From Candidatus Rifleibacteriota bacterium (GTDB lineage: Bacteria > Muiribacteriota > Ozemobacteria > Ozemobacterales > Ozemobacteraceae): a stretch of DNA of 25,013 nt. The DNA is taken from NCBI GenBank assembly GCA_051747585.1, contig JBNJGH010000045.1, positions 1-25,013 of the forward strand, in the 5' to 3' direction. Position numbers and translations under genes: made by a program. Positions 18,301 through 25,013 of the stretch are shown here, piece by piece. The notes below the pieces were generated by a model. It made no database searches, had not been told where the DNA came from, and saw only the letters and a list, made by a program, of their open reading frames with translations. Position 1 is the first letter of the stretch, and every line of letters begins with the position of its first letter.

Positions 18301-18483
18301 AAGAAGATCAATGAATTCCGGTAGTCCCTGATCTCTTCCGGGAGTCTGGGCGTAGGCCTTTTTTATCTGGGGGCTGTTCAAAAATGTTTCTTTAAAATTT
18401 ACTAGTGTCTTTTTGCCTGTTCCACCAAGTCCAACTATTAATGCCGGATTTAATGCAATTCTGTTTTCATAATTAATACTCAT
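15328..18483 (-). CDS. Tubulin/FtsZ-like GTPase (Tubulin_2/FtsZl1-type) with long helical C-terminus, ~1051 aa
   Basis: PALIVGLGGTG, LCIDTD, GAHQFRFTGR, VGSLCGGSGAGMFLDIAY, NGYASLTEL, PPFDQLYL and FSSAG, followed by a coiled-coil region. ATG at 18483 with GGGAG RBS; the track start at 18537 lies inside the promoter. Confidence 0.88.
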   Translation of the reverse strand: MSINYENRIALNPALIVGLGGTGKKTLVNFKETFLNSPQIKKAYAQTPGRDQGLPEFIDLLCIDTDIFDASQPEEDDDQAISSKLSESEYHQINIQNAGQITGNLDSDTYGYLYEWFPQKLKHHIGQISQGAHQFRFTGRFGVFVDIQKIYQQIKSKMSKIMSRSNVNQDDIIVPLTNKQGQILTPEFYIVGSLCGGSGAGMFLDIAYLMKMAYYQLSGGKGKPNIIGIQMTPEAFTQIAIDPNVNSTGRIEGNGYASLTELFYFMSKEKFPPTKSAKDIISQDRRNKFMVNYGPIGKSHDTTTFGSVAEQPPFDQLYLLGTSNQDDIPTYYSIASEFIFTKLATQLRQAQNSMLDNASQILGQKSSDLEGRQLKCFSSAGYKSFYYPVDVIRDLYTFKLSMDLTYWLKLSMDRILIDAMVQEFCENNPTKLDLTPEGLLLMSKDIIDRKRYWDNPIYHTLRTTSRQKDDESASAFILRQIEEMNRNRVKKDDIRAKVRVKFEQSAIEAGEHLREKVIEIINNPDLGAHIAIDFLTAFSKHLSRYPREVMHRKVQEIRIKLDKEQREYREISNQLKEKLSGFAGLKGKLMELGTILRMTDINEYRDKLLKEAKEAVDMEYEMFCLNCAEDFLKYLNVQAASIKKQVEVFAGKLEKISKDGMIERQYENCLDKIKPYSTIQNFIRTFIFEERDIEPFYKYLLGDLSNNDIEGDFLVKISLEENWDKYTNPESASLQKDIVKYCREIINKRLFGGIEEFIHWKDSVRKGFKKSLVESMMNQSTPLITLNDRGNNSPQRMNIVTLGIASENSKLSEEIKDSLRKGDIGVTIAPTRNPYEISLLQTLHGIAPYNISSITQWHNLYRKNNAKINCHAILTNDAYPILWSSYGLIPAKKLEEHYMVYLLLRYELYADDNNMRHGIEYNEELVQYELWYQQDKPQPIGRTITALFDYLKNNTMGIYLIRSVFNEYWKSLPFPKQHAIVKKYLPVMTEKVRKLEDAIEQEIKKNHEVSASSDELLSIKRGILKILQDYNEQFNSILRQRPSGTIEGALS

Positions 18484-18517
18484 TCTAAAGATACTCCCGA
18501 ACTCAGATTTAACGGTC

Positions 18518-18547
18518 AGTATATTCCTGATAATCAAGGCATGTCAA
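18518..18547 (-). promoter_or_regulatory. Sigma-70-type promoter of the tubulin-like gene
   Basis: TTGACA (18547-18542), 18-nt spacer, TATACT (18523-18518); the -10 ends 34 nt upstream of ATG 18483. Confidence 0.7.
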
Positions 18548-18634
18548 GCAAAGCAGATTGGTTGAGCAATTCTCGGTCAGCGACTATCGACTCGTTTCAG
18601 AAAAGAATTTGCCTCACCCCAAGTCTTTTAATAG

Positions 18635-18853
18635 CGTCATCGCGAGGAGTGAAACGACGAAGCAATCTAAATCGTGCTCGTAATCGTTATCGATTATATA
18701 TTGGTCATTGAGCGTTAGTCGAAATGACCATGTTACAAAAATCAGTTCTCGGTCCCTTCCACACTTCGGCTCCGCTCAGCACAAGCTTCCCTCAGGGTGT
18801 CATTGCGAGGAGTTCTGCGAAGCTTTATGCGAAGCAGAACGACGAAGCAATCT
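18635..18853. repeat. Cluster of REP-like palindromic repeats
   Basis: Two copies of GTCAT(C/T)GCGAGGAG...CGACGAAGCAATCT (18635-18668 and 18798-18853), a hairpin TGGTCATT-GAGCGTTAGTCGA-AATGACCA (18702-18730) and a CTTCGGCTCCGCTCAG unit (18764-18779). Confidence 0.75.
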
Positions 18854-18880
18854 TTGATATGCTCAAATTTAGTAGATAAC

Positions 18881-18918
18881 AAAAAATCCTCAACCTGGGC
18901 TTCAAGTTGAGGATTTTT
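18881..18918 (-). terminator. Intrinsic terminator after the FTCD gene (potentially bidirectional)
   Basis: AAAAATCCTCAAC...GTTGAGGATTTTT inverted repeat with A/T tracts on both sides, 14 nt after the stop codon. Confidence 0.85.
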
Positions 18919-18932
18919 GCCAACTTCTTCAG

Positions 18933-20549
18933 TTAGCGGTTTTCCAGAATTTCAAGAACCTGTTTGCAGTATTTTTCTGCTCTTATTCTTAATTCGTCAG
19001 CTTCATTTGTTTTATTTTTTACAAATTCACTGTCATTGATGTCGGTCATGTTGATCAAAACATTCTGATATGCACCCCAAATTCCTGTTTCAAGAGCCCT
19101 GGCTCCTACCTGAACGTCAGATTTTGAGGCAATATTACCTTTTTTAGCTACCTCTACCAGAGGTTCCCATGTTTTGTCGGCTTTTTTCATGGTTGCCAGG
19201 GGTACCTCAATTGCCTTTTTCAAGCCTTCCTGCATTTTTTCAAAGCGGGCCTGCTTTTCGGTTTCAGTTTTTTTGGGCATTCTAATTGCATCGATATAAT
19301 CATTGAATGCGTTTGTATCGGCATCTATCATGGGAATCAGGTCAAGGGTGGCTTCATGAAGGGGCGGTATCGCTTTGCGCATATCCTCATCAAGGTGTTC
19401 GAACTTTCTGACTCCGTAAGTAAGCTTTGCTACCATGGCTCCGAGTGCACTGCCGACAGCGGCAATCAAGGCAGCTGCACTTCCGCCTCCGGGAGCTGCG
19501 GTTCTGGCATTAACTGATTCGATAAACTTTCGGGTTGAAAGACTTGCCAGAGGTTCTTTGGGTTCTTCTCTAATAATGTATTCAATAATGCGTTCTTCGG
19601 GCACAAACTGAGAAACAGAGTTAAGGCCCAGCCGGTCGACAACCAGCTTGATCTTTTGTTCTTCATCGAGAATAAAAAGGTTTTCTTTTTCGATGTAAAA
19701 ATCGGCAGCCTTGAGCATTGCTTCGAGAGGTATCAGGCCCACAAGTTCAGAACCCGCAACGCCTACGTTCAGTTCTTTTGCGTCATGTTTGACTGCTTCA
19801 TAAACTTCGTGAGGAGAGGTGATATTGTAATTGTTGAGATTAAATGAGCATTGAGCCATATTATATTCATCAACAAACCAGCCAAGCCCTTTGAGTTCTT
19901 TGAATCGTCCTGGTTTGTCTGGCCCTCTGCCGGCTTCTCTTAGGTTTAAGGCAATTCGATGTGCCTGGTTATGGGTACCCAGTATATTGATGTTGTAAGC
20001 TATAAGAAAGAATCTTGCACCGGTCGCAGTGGCACCCCAGGATGGCACAAATTCTGCCGGCCCGTAATCCGGTTTCCAATCGGCCTGGGTAATTTTTTCG
20101 GAGATTCCTTCGTATTCGCCTTTTCTAATTTGAGGAAGTTTTTTGCGATATTCTTTTTCTTGAGAGTGCTCATATAAATAAAAGGGCACATTTAATTCTT
20201 CAGCTGCCTTTGAGGCAAACTTTTTTGAAATTTCTACACACTCTTCCATGGTTACATTTGCCACAGGCACAAAGGGGCATACATCCATGGCACCCATTCT
20301 CGGGTGTTCGCCACTCTGCTTGCTCATGTCTATCAGCTTGTAGGCTGTTCTTGCAGCTGCCAGGGCGCCTTCAATAATTGAGTCAGGATCTCCGACAAAT
20401 GTAAAAACCGTGCGATTGGTTGATTTGCCCGGATCAACATCGAGCAGGCTTACGCCGGGTACGTTCTTGATTGATTCAGAGATGGCATCAATTACTTTAG
20501 AATCGCGGCCTTCCGAAAAATTCGGAACACATTCAATAATCTTTTTCAT
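18933..20549 (-). CDS. ftcD: Bifunctional glutamate formiminotransferase / formiminotetrahydrofolate cyclodeaminase
   Basis: ECVPNFSEGR, GEHPRMGAMDVCPF and GSELVGLIP (transferase); APGGGSAAA and GNIASKSD (cyclodeaminase). Confidence 0.95.
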   Translation of the reverse strand: MKKIIECVPNFSEGRDSKVIDAISESIKNVPGVSLLDVDPGKSTNRTVFTFVGDPDSIIEGALAAARTAYKLIDMSKQSGEHPRMGAMDVCPFVPVANVTMEECVEISKKFASKAAEELNVPFYLYEHSQEKEYRKKLPQIRKGEYEGISEKITQADWKPDYGPAEFVPSWGATATGARFFLIAYNINILGTHNQAHRIALNLREAGRGPDKPGRFKELKGLGWFVDEYNMAQCSFNLNNYNITSPHEVYEAVKHDAKELNVGVAGSELVGLIPLEAMLKAADFYIEKENLFILDEEQKIKLVVDRLGLNSVSQFVPEERIIEYIIREEPKEPLASLSTRKFIESVNARTAAPGGGSAAALIAAVGSALGAMVAKLTYGVRKFEHLDEDMRKAIPPLHEATLDLIPMIDADTNAFNDYIDAIRMPKKTETEKQARFEKMQEGLKKAIEVPLATMKKADKTWEPLVEVAKKGNIASKSDVQVGARALETGIWGAYQNVLINMTDINDSEFVKNKTNEADELRIRAEKYCKQVLEILENR

Positions 20550-20647
20550 AGCATTATCCCTTCCTCTGTCTAAGATTTCGTGTGATTATATAATGGGTTT
20601 ATAGATTAATAAACCATATTTGTAAAGCAGTTTAAAGCCTTGTCAGG

Positions 20648-21448
20648 TTATTGAAAAAGAATCAGACTGACGGCCATAACTGCCATTCCTATAGTTGTGC
20701 CCAGAATGGATAAATGGTGTTGGCCGTATTTTTCAGCCGAGGGAAGCAGTTCGTCCAGAGAAATATAGACCATTATTCCGGCTACAGAAGCAAATAGAAG
20801 ACCAAAAACACTTTCGTTAAAAAATCTGTAAAGCAGGGCATAGCCTATAAGTGCTCCTACTGGTTCTGAAACGCCTGATAAAAACGAATAATAAAATGCT
20901 TTACGTCTGCTGCCGGTCGCATAATAAACCGGTATTGCTACTGAAATTCCTTCGGGAATGTTATGAATAGCAACAGCTATGGCAATTGACAACCCTAGTT
21001 TCGGGTCTGACAAAGCAGAAAGAAAAGTTGCAAGCCCTTCGGGAAAGTTGTGGATTCCGATGGCGAGAGCAGTAAATACACCCATTCGCATTAGATTGTC
21101 GTTATGCGCCTTGGTTGGGTCCATTTCTTCAATATTATGCATTTCATGCGGGTTCTCACATTCGGGTATGAGGGCGTCGATTAAGCCAATCAAAATTATT
21201 CCTGAAAAAAAAGCAAGAACCGTGTAGGTTGAGGCGCTATCTCCATAGGCTTTTTCCAGTGATTCTCTGGCTTTTGGAAAAATTTCGACAAAGGAAACAT
21301 AAAGCATAACACCTGCTGAAAAACCCAAAGAAAAGGATAGAAATTTGGTATTTGTTCTTTTGGCAAAAAGGGCAATTGCACTGCCAAAACCGGTAGAGAG
21401 ACCGGCAAGAACAGTGAGGCCAAAAGCTATCCAAAAATTTTCGTGCAC
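20648..21448 (-). CDS. zupT: ZIP-family metal transporter ZupT
   Basis: [47 protein letters not shown] and SLDELLP. GTG start with GGAG RBS. Confidence 0.95.
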   Translation of the reverse strand: MHENFWIAFGLTVLAGLSTGFGSAIALFAKRTNTKFLSFSLGFSAGVMLYVSFVEIFPKARESLEKAYGDSASTYTVLAFFSGIILIGLIDALIPECENPHEMHNIEEMDPTKAHNDNLMRMGVFTALAIGIHNFPEGLATFLSALSDPKLGLSIAIAVAIHNIPEGISVAIPVYYATGSRRKAFYYSFLSGVSEPVGALIGYALLYRFFNESVFGLLFASVAGIMVYISLDELLPSAEKYGQHHLSILGTTIGMAVMAVSLILFQ

Positions 21449-21645
21449 CTTTCCAACTCCTTTTTATGATTAAATTGTGTAATTGCCAGGAAGCGAAAAA
21501 AACTTAAAGTTTTTTAGCATGCGATGGATCTATGCTTATGTGGCTGATTTTTCCGAAGTTTTCTTTCATTTTTTACCTTTCTTAAAAAAACCTACTTGCT
21601 ATCCTATAATAATAAGCAAAAAAATGCTGGAATTTTGCCAGGGCT

Positions 21646-24600
21646 TCAGGAATTTAGTATTTCATGAACCTTCGCGGCAAGATCGTTTTTGGAAAATGGC
21701 TTTTGAATAAAGTGAATCCCATTGGAAAGAACGCCATGTTCGACAATCACGTCGGCTGTGTAGCCTGACATAAATAAAACTTTTATGTCAGGATTTCTGG
21801 CTTGTATTTTTTTGGCCAGCTTTTTGCCATTCATTTTCGGCATTACAACATCTGTTATGAGTAATGAAATTGTATCAGAATGCCTGGCTGAAGTTTTTAA
21901 AGCACTTTCGGGAGTTTCTGCAGTAATAATATTGTAATTCATTTTTGAAAGAATTTTTTCTGTAAGCTTCAGGATCATGGGTTCATCTTCGACAACTAGA
22001 ATTGTTTCTTTGTTGCCCTTTGCTGGTTTGTGCGGTTTCGGATGGGCAATTTTTTTGACTTTTCCCGCATGTTTGGGAAAATAAAGCCTGAAGGTTGTGC
22101 CCCTTCCGGGTTCGCTGTATACATTTATGAATCCATTATTTTGCTTTACTATTCCATAGACCATCGAAAGGCCCAGGCCGGTACCTTCTCCAACTTCTTT
22201 AGTGGTAAAAAATGGGTCAAAAATATTCTCTATTTCCTGCTTTTTCATGCCACGACCGTTGTCGCTAATTGAAAGGCTGATAAAGTCGCCTTCGACAAAC
22301 CCCTCATGTTCGTCACAGTATTCCTGATCGAATGTTCTATTTCCGGTTTCTATAACGATTTTTCCAGTATTTTTAATTGCATCTCTAGAATTAACACATA
22401 AATTGGTTAATATCTGATCTAGCTGGGAAGGATCCAGGTTGACGGGCCAGGTGTTTTCAGCGGGCTTCCAAATTAGCTCAATGTTTTCACCCAGTAGTTT
22501 TCGCAACATCTGAATCATGTTGTCAATCTTTTCATTGATATCTAAAACCTCGGGTTTTATAGTATCGCGTCTTGCAAAAGCCAATAATTGCCGAGTTATA
22601 TCGCGGGATTTTTTGGCGGCGGTTAAAATTTCTTTAACGTCACTTTTTATGCTTTCAATATCTTGATGTTGCTCGAGAGCAAGCTCGGAATAACCTATTA
22701 TAACGCTCAAAATATTATTGTAATCATGGGCGACCCCACCTGCCAATCTACCTACCGATTCCATTTTTTGAGCTTGAATCAGTTGTGCTTCGAGCTTCCT
22801 TCTGCCGGTTATGTCAACAAAGGTAACCAGAGTTTTGTTACTTCCCGGCTTGGCTGTAACGATAATATTTTTTGTCGAACCGTCTTTACAGCTTATGTTG
22901 AATTCTCTTGGGTACGTTTCTGTTTTTGTTTCTCCGGAATTCTTTAGATCTTTTTCCCAGATATCTTTTACAAAGTCACGATAATTCTTCTCTGGATAAG
23001 CTTTAGCATACCATTTATCCCGGGTCGAGATTTCATCGATCGCGTAACCAAACAATTCTTTATGCTTCTGGTTTATTTTTAAAATGCTGCCATTTCTGTC
23101 GCTTACTTCTATAGCGACAGGAGCAAATTCAAAAAATTTATCGAGATCATTTTTACTTTCAATTAATTTTGCTTCATAAAGGCTCGATCTTAGAACTTCG
23201 GAAACCGTATCGGCAAGAGATTTTAAAAATTCATGATCCTGTTTGTCCATTTCATAACCGCTGTAAACAGCTAGAACACCATTCTGGTTATTATTTTCCG
23301 GTGAGGGAATGCGTTTGGCAAAGCAGGATTTGATTTCCTGTTCTTGAAAAATATTTTTATTTTCTACTTCTTCAATTACTTCCAGATTATTGTTAAAAAG
23401 GGCTTCTTCTTCTCCCGAGGCTATCTTTCCCAGTTTATAAGCAGAATGAGGAATGCGAATTAAAAAATTATCTTTAGCCTCATTAGTCTTGTCCCTGGTT
23501 GCACTTGCTATTAAATGCAGACAGAAGTCGTGATGAGGACAAAGGTGCTTTAAGTCATTGTTAGAAGCGAATGGGCATTGCTTTTGGCAGAGATCGCCCT
23601 TATCTGTAATCCAGATAAGCGCAAATTTTGCTCCAAGTATGTCTATGATGCAGTTGGTAATTTTCTCCATTTTTTCATGGAGGGTGAAATTTCCTAATAG
23701 CTCTTCTTTGATGCGGTTGAGCCCCTCGAGTTGAATTTCTGCTTTCTTCCTTGCGGTTATGTCTTCATAGAAAGCAACGAGCTCACCCGTGGGCAGCTTA
23801 AAGACGTAATTATCACGCCAGCCGGTAATTCTTTTGTCTTCGTAGTATTTTAACGGAAAATGTTCTGGCTCACCTGTTTTCCAAACTTTTTGAAAAACTT
23901 CAAACAGGCCAAAGTCTTTTACTCCGGGAAAAACCTCACTAACAGATTTGCCAAGCAATTCCTTTTTGGAAATATTTTCTGTTTTCTCAGCTGCATGATT
24001 GAAATCAAGAAATTTAAATTCTTTGTCGTCGTCAACAGCTTCAAAAATTGCAACCGAGTTACTCATGCGGTTAAATAGCTCGCGAAAGCGGATTTCGCTT
24101 AATTTAAGTTTAGTTTGAAAGAAGTATTCGTTGCTGATATCTCTAAAGACAAGAATTGCACCGATAATTTCATTGTTTTTAGTTACGATTGGTGCTGCAG
24201 AATCAGCTATCTGGTAAACCATGCCCTCACGTGAAGTCAATTGTGTGTGGCTTGCAAGAGCTTTAACGGAGCCGGTTGTCAAAACCGTTTCTACGGGGTT
24301 TTTTGCCTTTTCGTCTGTTATTGAAGAACTAATATCAAAAACCTCTTCAATGTATCTGTTCCTGGCTTCAGCTAAAGACCATCCGGTTAATTTTTCAGCA
24401 ACTGGATTCATCTTTGATATTTTTCTCTTGTCGTCGGTTGTAATTACTCCATCGCCTATCGAGTCAAGAGTTAAATGAAGCTTTTCATTTAGCTTGTGCA
24501 GAAGTTTGATTGTTTGATTTCTTTCGATAAACAATTGCAGGTTGTAGGCTAAATTACATAGAAGCTGTTTTTCTTCTTCAAGAAATGGCCCTTCAAAAGC

Positions 24601-25011
24601 TTCTGGCCTTTCTGCGGTATAAAAAACCTCTATCTTTCCTTGAAATCCAGCTTCAGAACTGAAATTACAGGATAATTTCCATTCTGACTCTTTAAAATCA
24701 GGGCTTTGAAATTCCTGATTCTGGTAGGTAATTCGACAACAACATACTTCAGGGTATTGCCAGGATTCAGGTATAATATCTACGGTCTCTTGCATTACCT
24801 TTTCGACTGAAACTTCTGAATTCTGGGTTAATTTGAATATTTTATAAAGGCAATTCAATTCTTTAGTGCGTTCTTTGAGCTTTGTCGCTTTGGGGTCGAC
24901 TAAGTTTTTAAAAACATAAAAGGCTATAAGCCCAATGCCAGAGACGAGCCATAAGAGGCCAAGCTGCAAGGGCGGCAGGCTGAGATAAAAAATACTAATA
25001 TAGCCGCATAG
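21646..25011 (-). CDS. Membrane-bound multi-PAS/GAF hybrid sensor histidine kinase with receiver domain; 5' end lies beyond the window
   Basis: Frame stays open upstream of 24969 to the window edge (hydrophobic [12 protein letters not shown]). PAS repeats ([21 protein letters not shown]), H-box [11 protein letters not shown], HATPase (DNGRGM, PFFTTK, GTGLGL) and REC ([18 protein letters not shown]). Confidence 0.93.
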   Translation of the reverse strand, partial: LCGYISIFYLSLPPLQLGLLWLVSGIGLIAFYVFKNLVDPKATKLKERTKELNCLYKIFKLTQNSEVSVEKVMQETVDIIPESWQYPEVCCCRITYQNQEFQSPDFKESEWKLSCNFSSEAGFQGKIEVFYTAERPEAFEGPFLEEEKQLLCNLAYNLQLFIERNQTIKLLHKLNEKLHLTLDSIGDGVITTDDKRKISKMNPVAEKLTGWSLAEARNRYIEEVFDISSSITDEKAKNPVETVLTTGSVKALASHTQLTSREGMVYQIADSAAPIVTKNNEIIGAILVFRDISNEYFFQTKLKLSEIRFRELFNRMSNSVAIFEAVDDDKEFKFLDFNHAAEKTENISKKELLGKSVSEVFPGVKDFGLFEVFQKVWKTGEPEHFPLKYYEDKRITGWRDNYVFKLPTGELVAFYEDITARKKAEIQLEGLNRIKEELLGNFTLHEKMEKITNCIIDILGAKFALIWITDKGDLCQKQCPFASNNDLKHLCPHHDFCLHLIASATRDKTNEAKDNFLIRIPHSAYKLGKIASGEEEALFNNNLEVIEEVENKNIFQEQEIKSCFAKRIPSPENNNQNGVLAVYSGYEMDKQDHEFLKSLADTVSEVLRSSLYEAKLIESKNDLDKFFEFAPVAIEVSDRNGSILKINQKHKELFGYAIDEISTRDKWYAKAYPEKNYRDFVKDIWEKDLKNSGETKTETYPREFNISCKDGSTKNIIVTAKPGSNKTLVTFVDITGRRKLEAQLIQAQKMESVGRLAGGVAHDYNNILSVIIGYSELALEQHQDIESIKSDVKEILTAAKKSRDITRQLLAFARRDTIKPEVLDINEKIDNMIQMLRKLLGENIELIWKPAENTWPVNLDPSQLDQILTNLCVNSRDAIKNTGKIVIETGNRTFDQEYCDEHEGFVEGDFISLSISDNGRGMKKQEIENIFDPFFTTKEVGEGTGLGLSMVYGIVKQNNGFINVYSEPGRGTTFRLYFPKHAGKVKKIAHPKPHKPAKGNKETILVVEDEPMILKLTEKILSKMNYNIITAETPESALKTSARHSDTISLLITDVVMPKMNGKKLAKKIQARNPDIKVLFMSGYTADVIVEHGVLSNGIHFIQKPFSKNDLAAKVHEILNS

Positions 25012-25013
25012 AA

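Noticed and set aside
15328..18483. Calling this gene ftsZ or a true tubulin
   Set aside because: It is over 1000 aa, has no dcw cluster context and lacks the FtsZ NxDFAD loop; the motifs fit the divergent Tubulin_2 family.
18635..18853. CRISPR array or tRNA interpretation of the repeats
   Set aside because: Only two unequal copies, no regular spacers, no cas genes and no cloverleaf.
15328..20549. Functional link between FTCD (the animal protein binds polyglutamylated tubulin) and the adjacent tubulin-like gene
   Set aside because: The genes are separated by a strong terminator, a repeat island and an independent promoter, and the tubulin-like protein has no acidic tail. Probably coincidence.
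21624..21641. Sigma-54-like CTGGCAAAATTCCAGC upstream of zupT
   Set aside because: GG-N10-GC spacing is correct but the -12 element lacks TT. It could equally be a weak hairpin after the kinase stop codon.
883..24478. Many short ORFs (60-141 aa) in the track, antisense or out of frame within long genes
   Set aside because: They are shadow ORFs of well-supported genes, with no recognisable motifs.

Overview
AT-rich bacterial chromosomal window with about 17 CDS, mostly on the minus strand. The gene style suggests an anaerobe such as Ca. Riflebacteria, but this is inference only. From the left: (1) a tightly coupled minus-strand operon of MazG-like pyrophosphohydrolase, small membrane protein, orphan LivJ-type binding protein, orphan beta-propeller protein, ligA and a QueE-like radical SAM gene that runs off the window; (2) a divergent plus-strand trio of prepilin-like genes (PilV/PilW/PilX-type); (3) a secreted polysaccharide deacetylase; (4) a candidate ~85-nt small RNA with a near-consensus sigma-54 promoter, 5' hairpin, CU-rich anti-SD seed and intrinsic terminator, directly downstream of hfq; (5) an apparent operon from a sigma-70 promoter encoding a large tubulin/FtsZ-like GTPase, a membrane VWA protein, a secreted TPR protein with Cys/His modules and an arginine-free Hfq; (6) a cluster of REP-like palindromic repeats; (7) an animal-like bifunctional FTCD, zupT and a partial PAS/GAF hybrid histidine kinase. 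The strongest novelty candidates are the sigma-54 sRNA/Hfq unit and the tubulin-like/VWA/TPR/Hfq operon.
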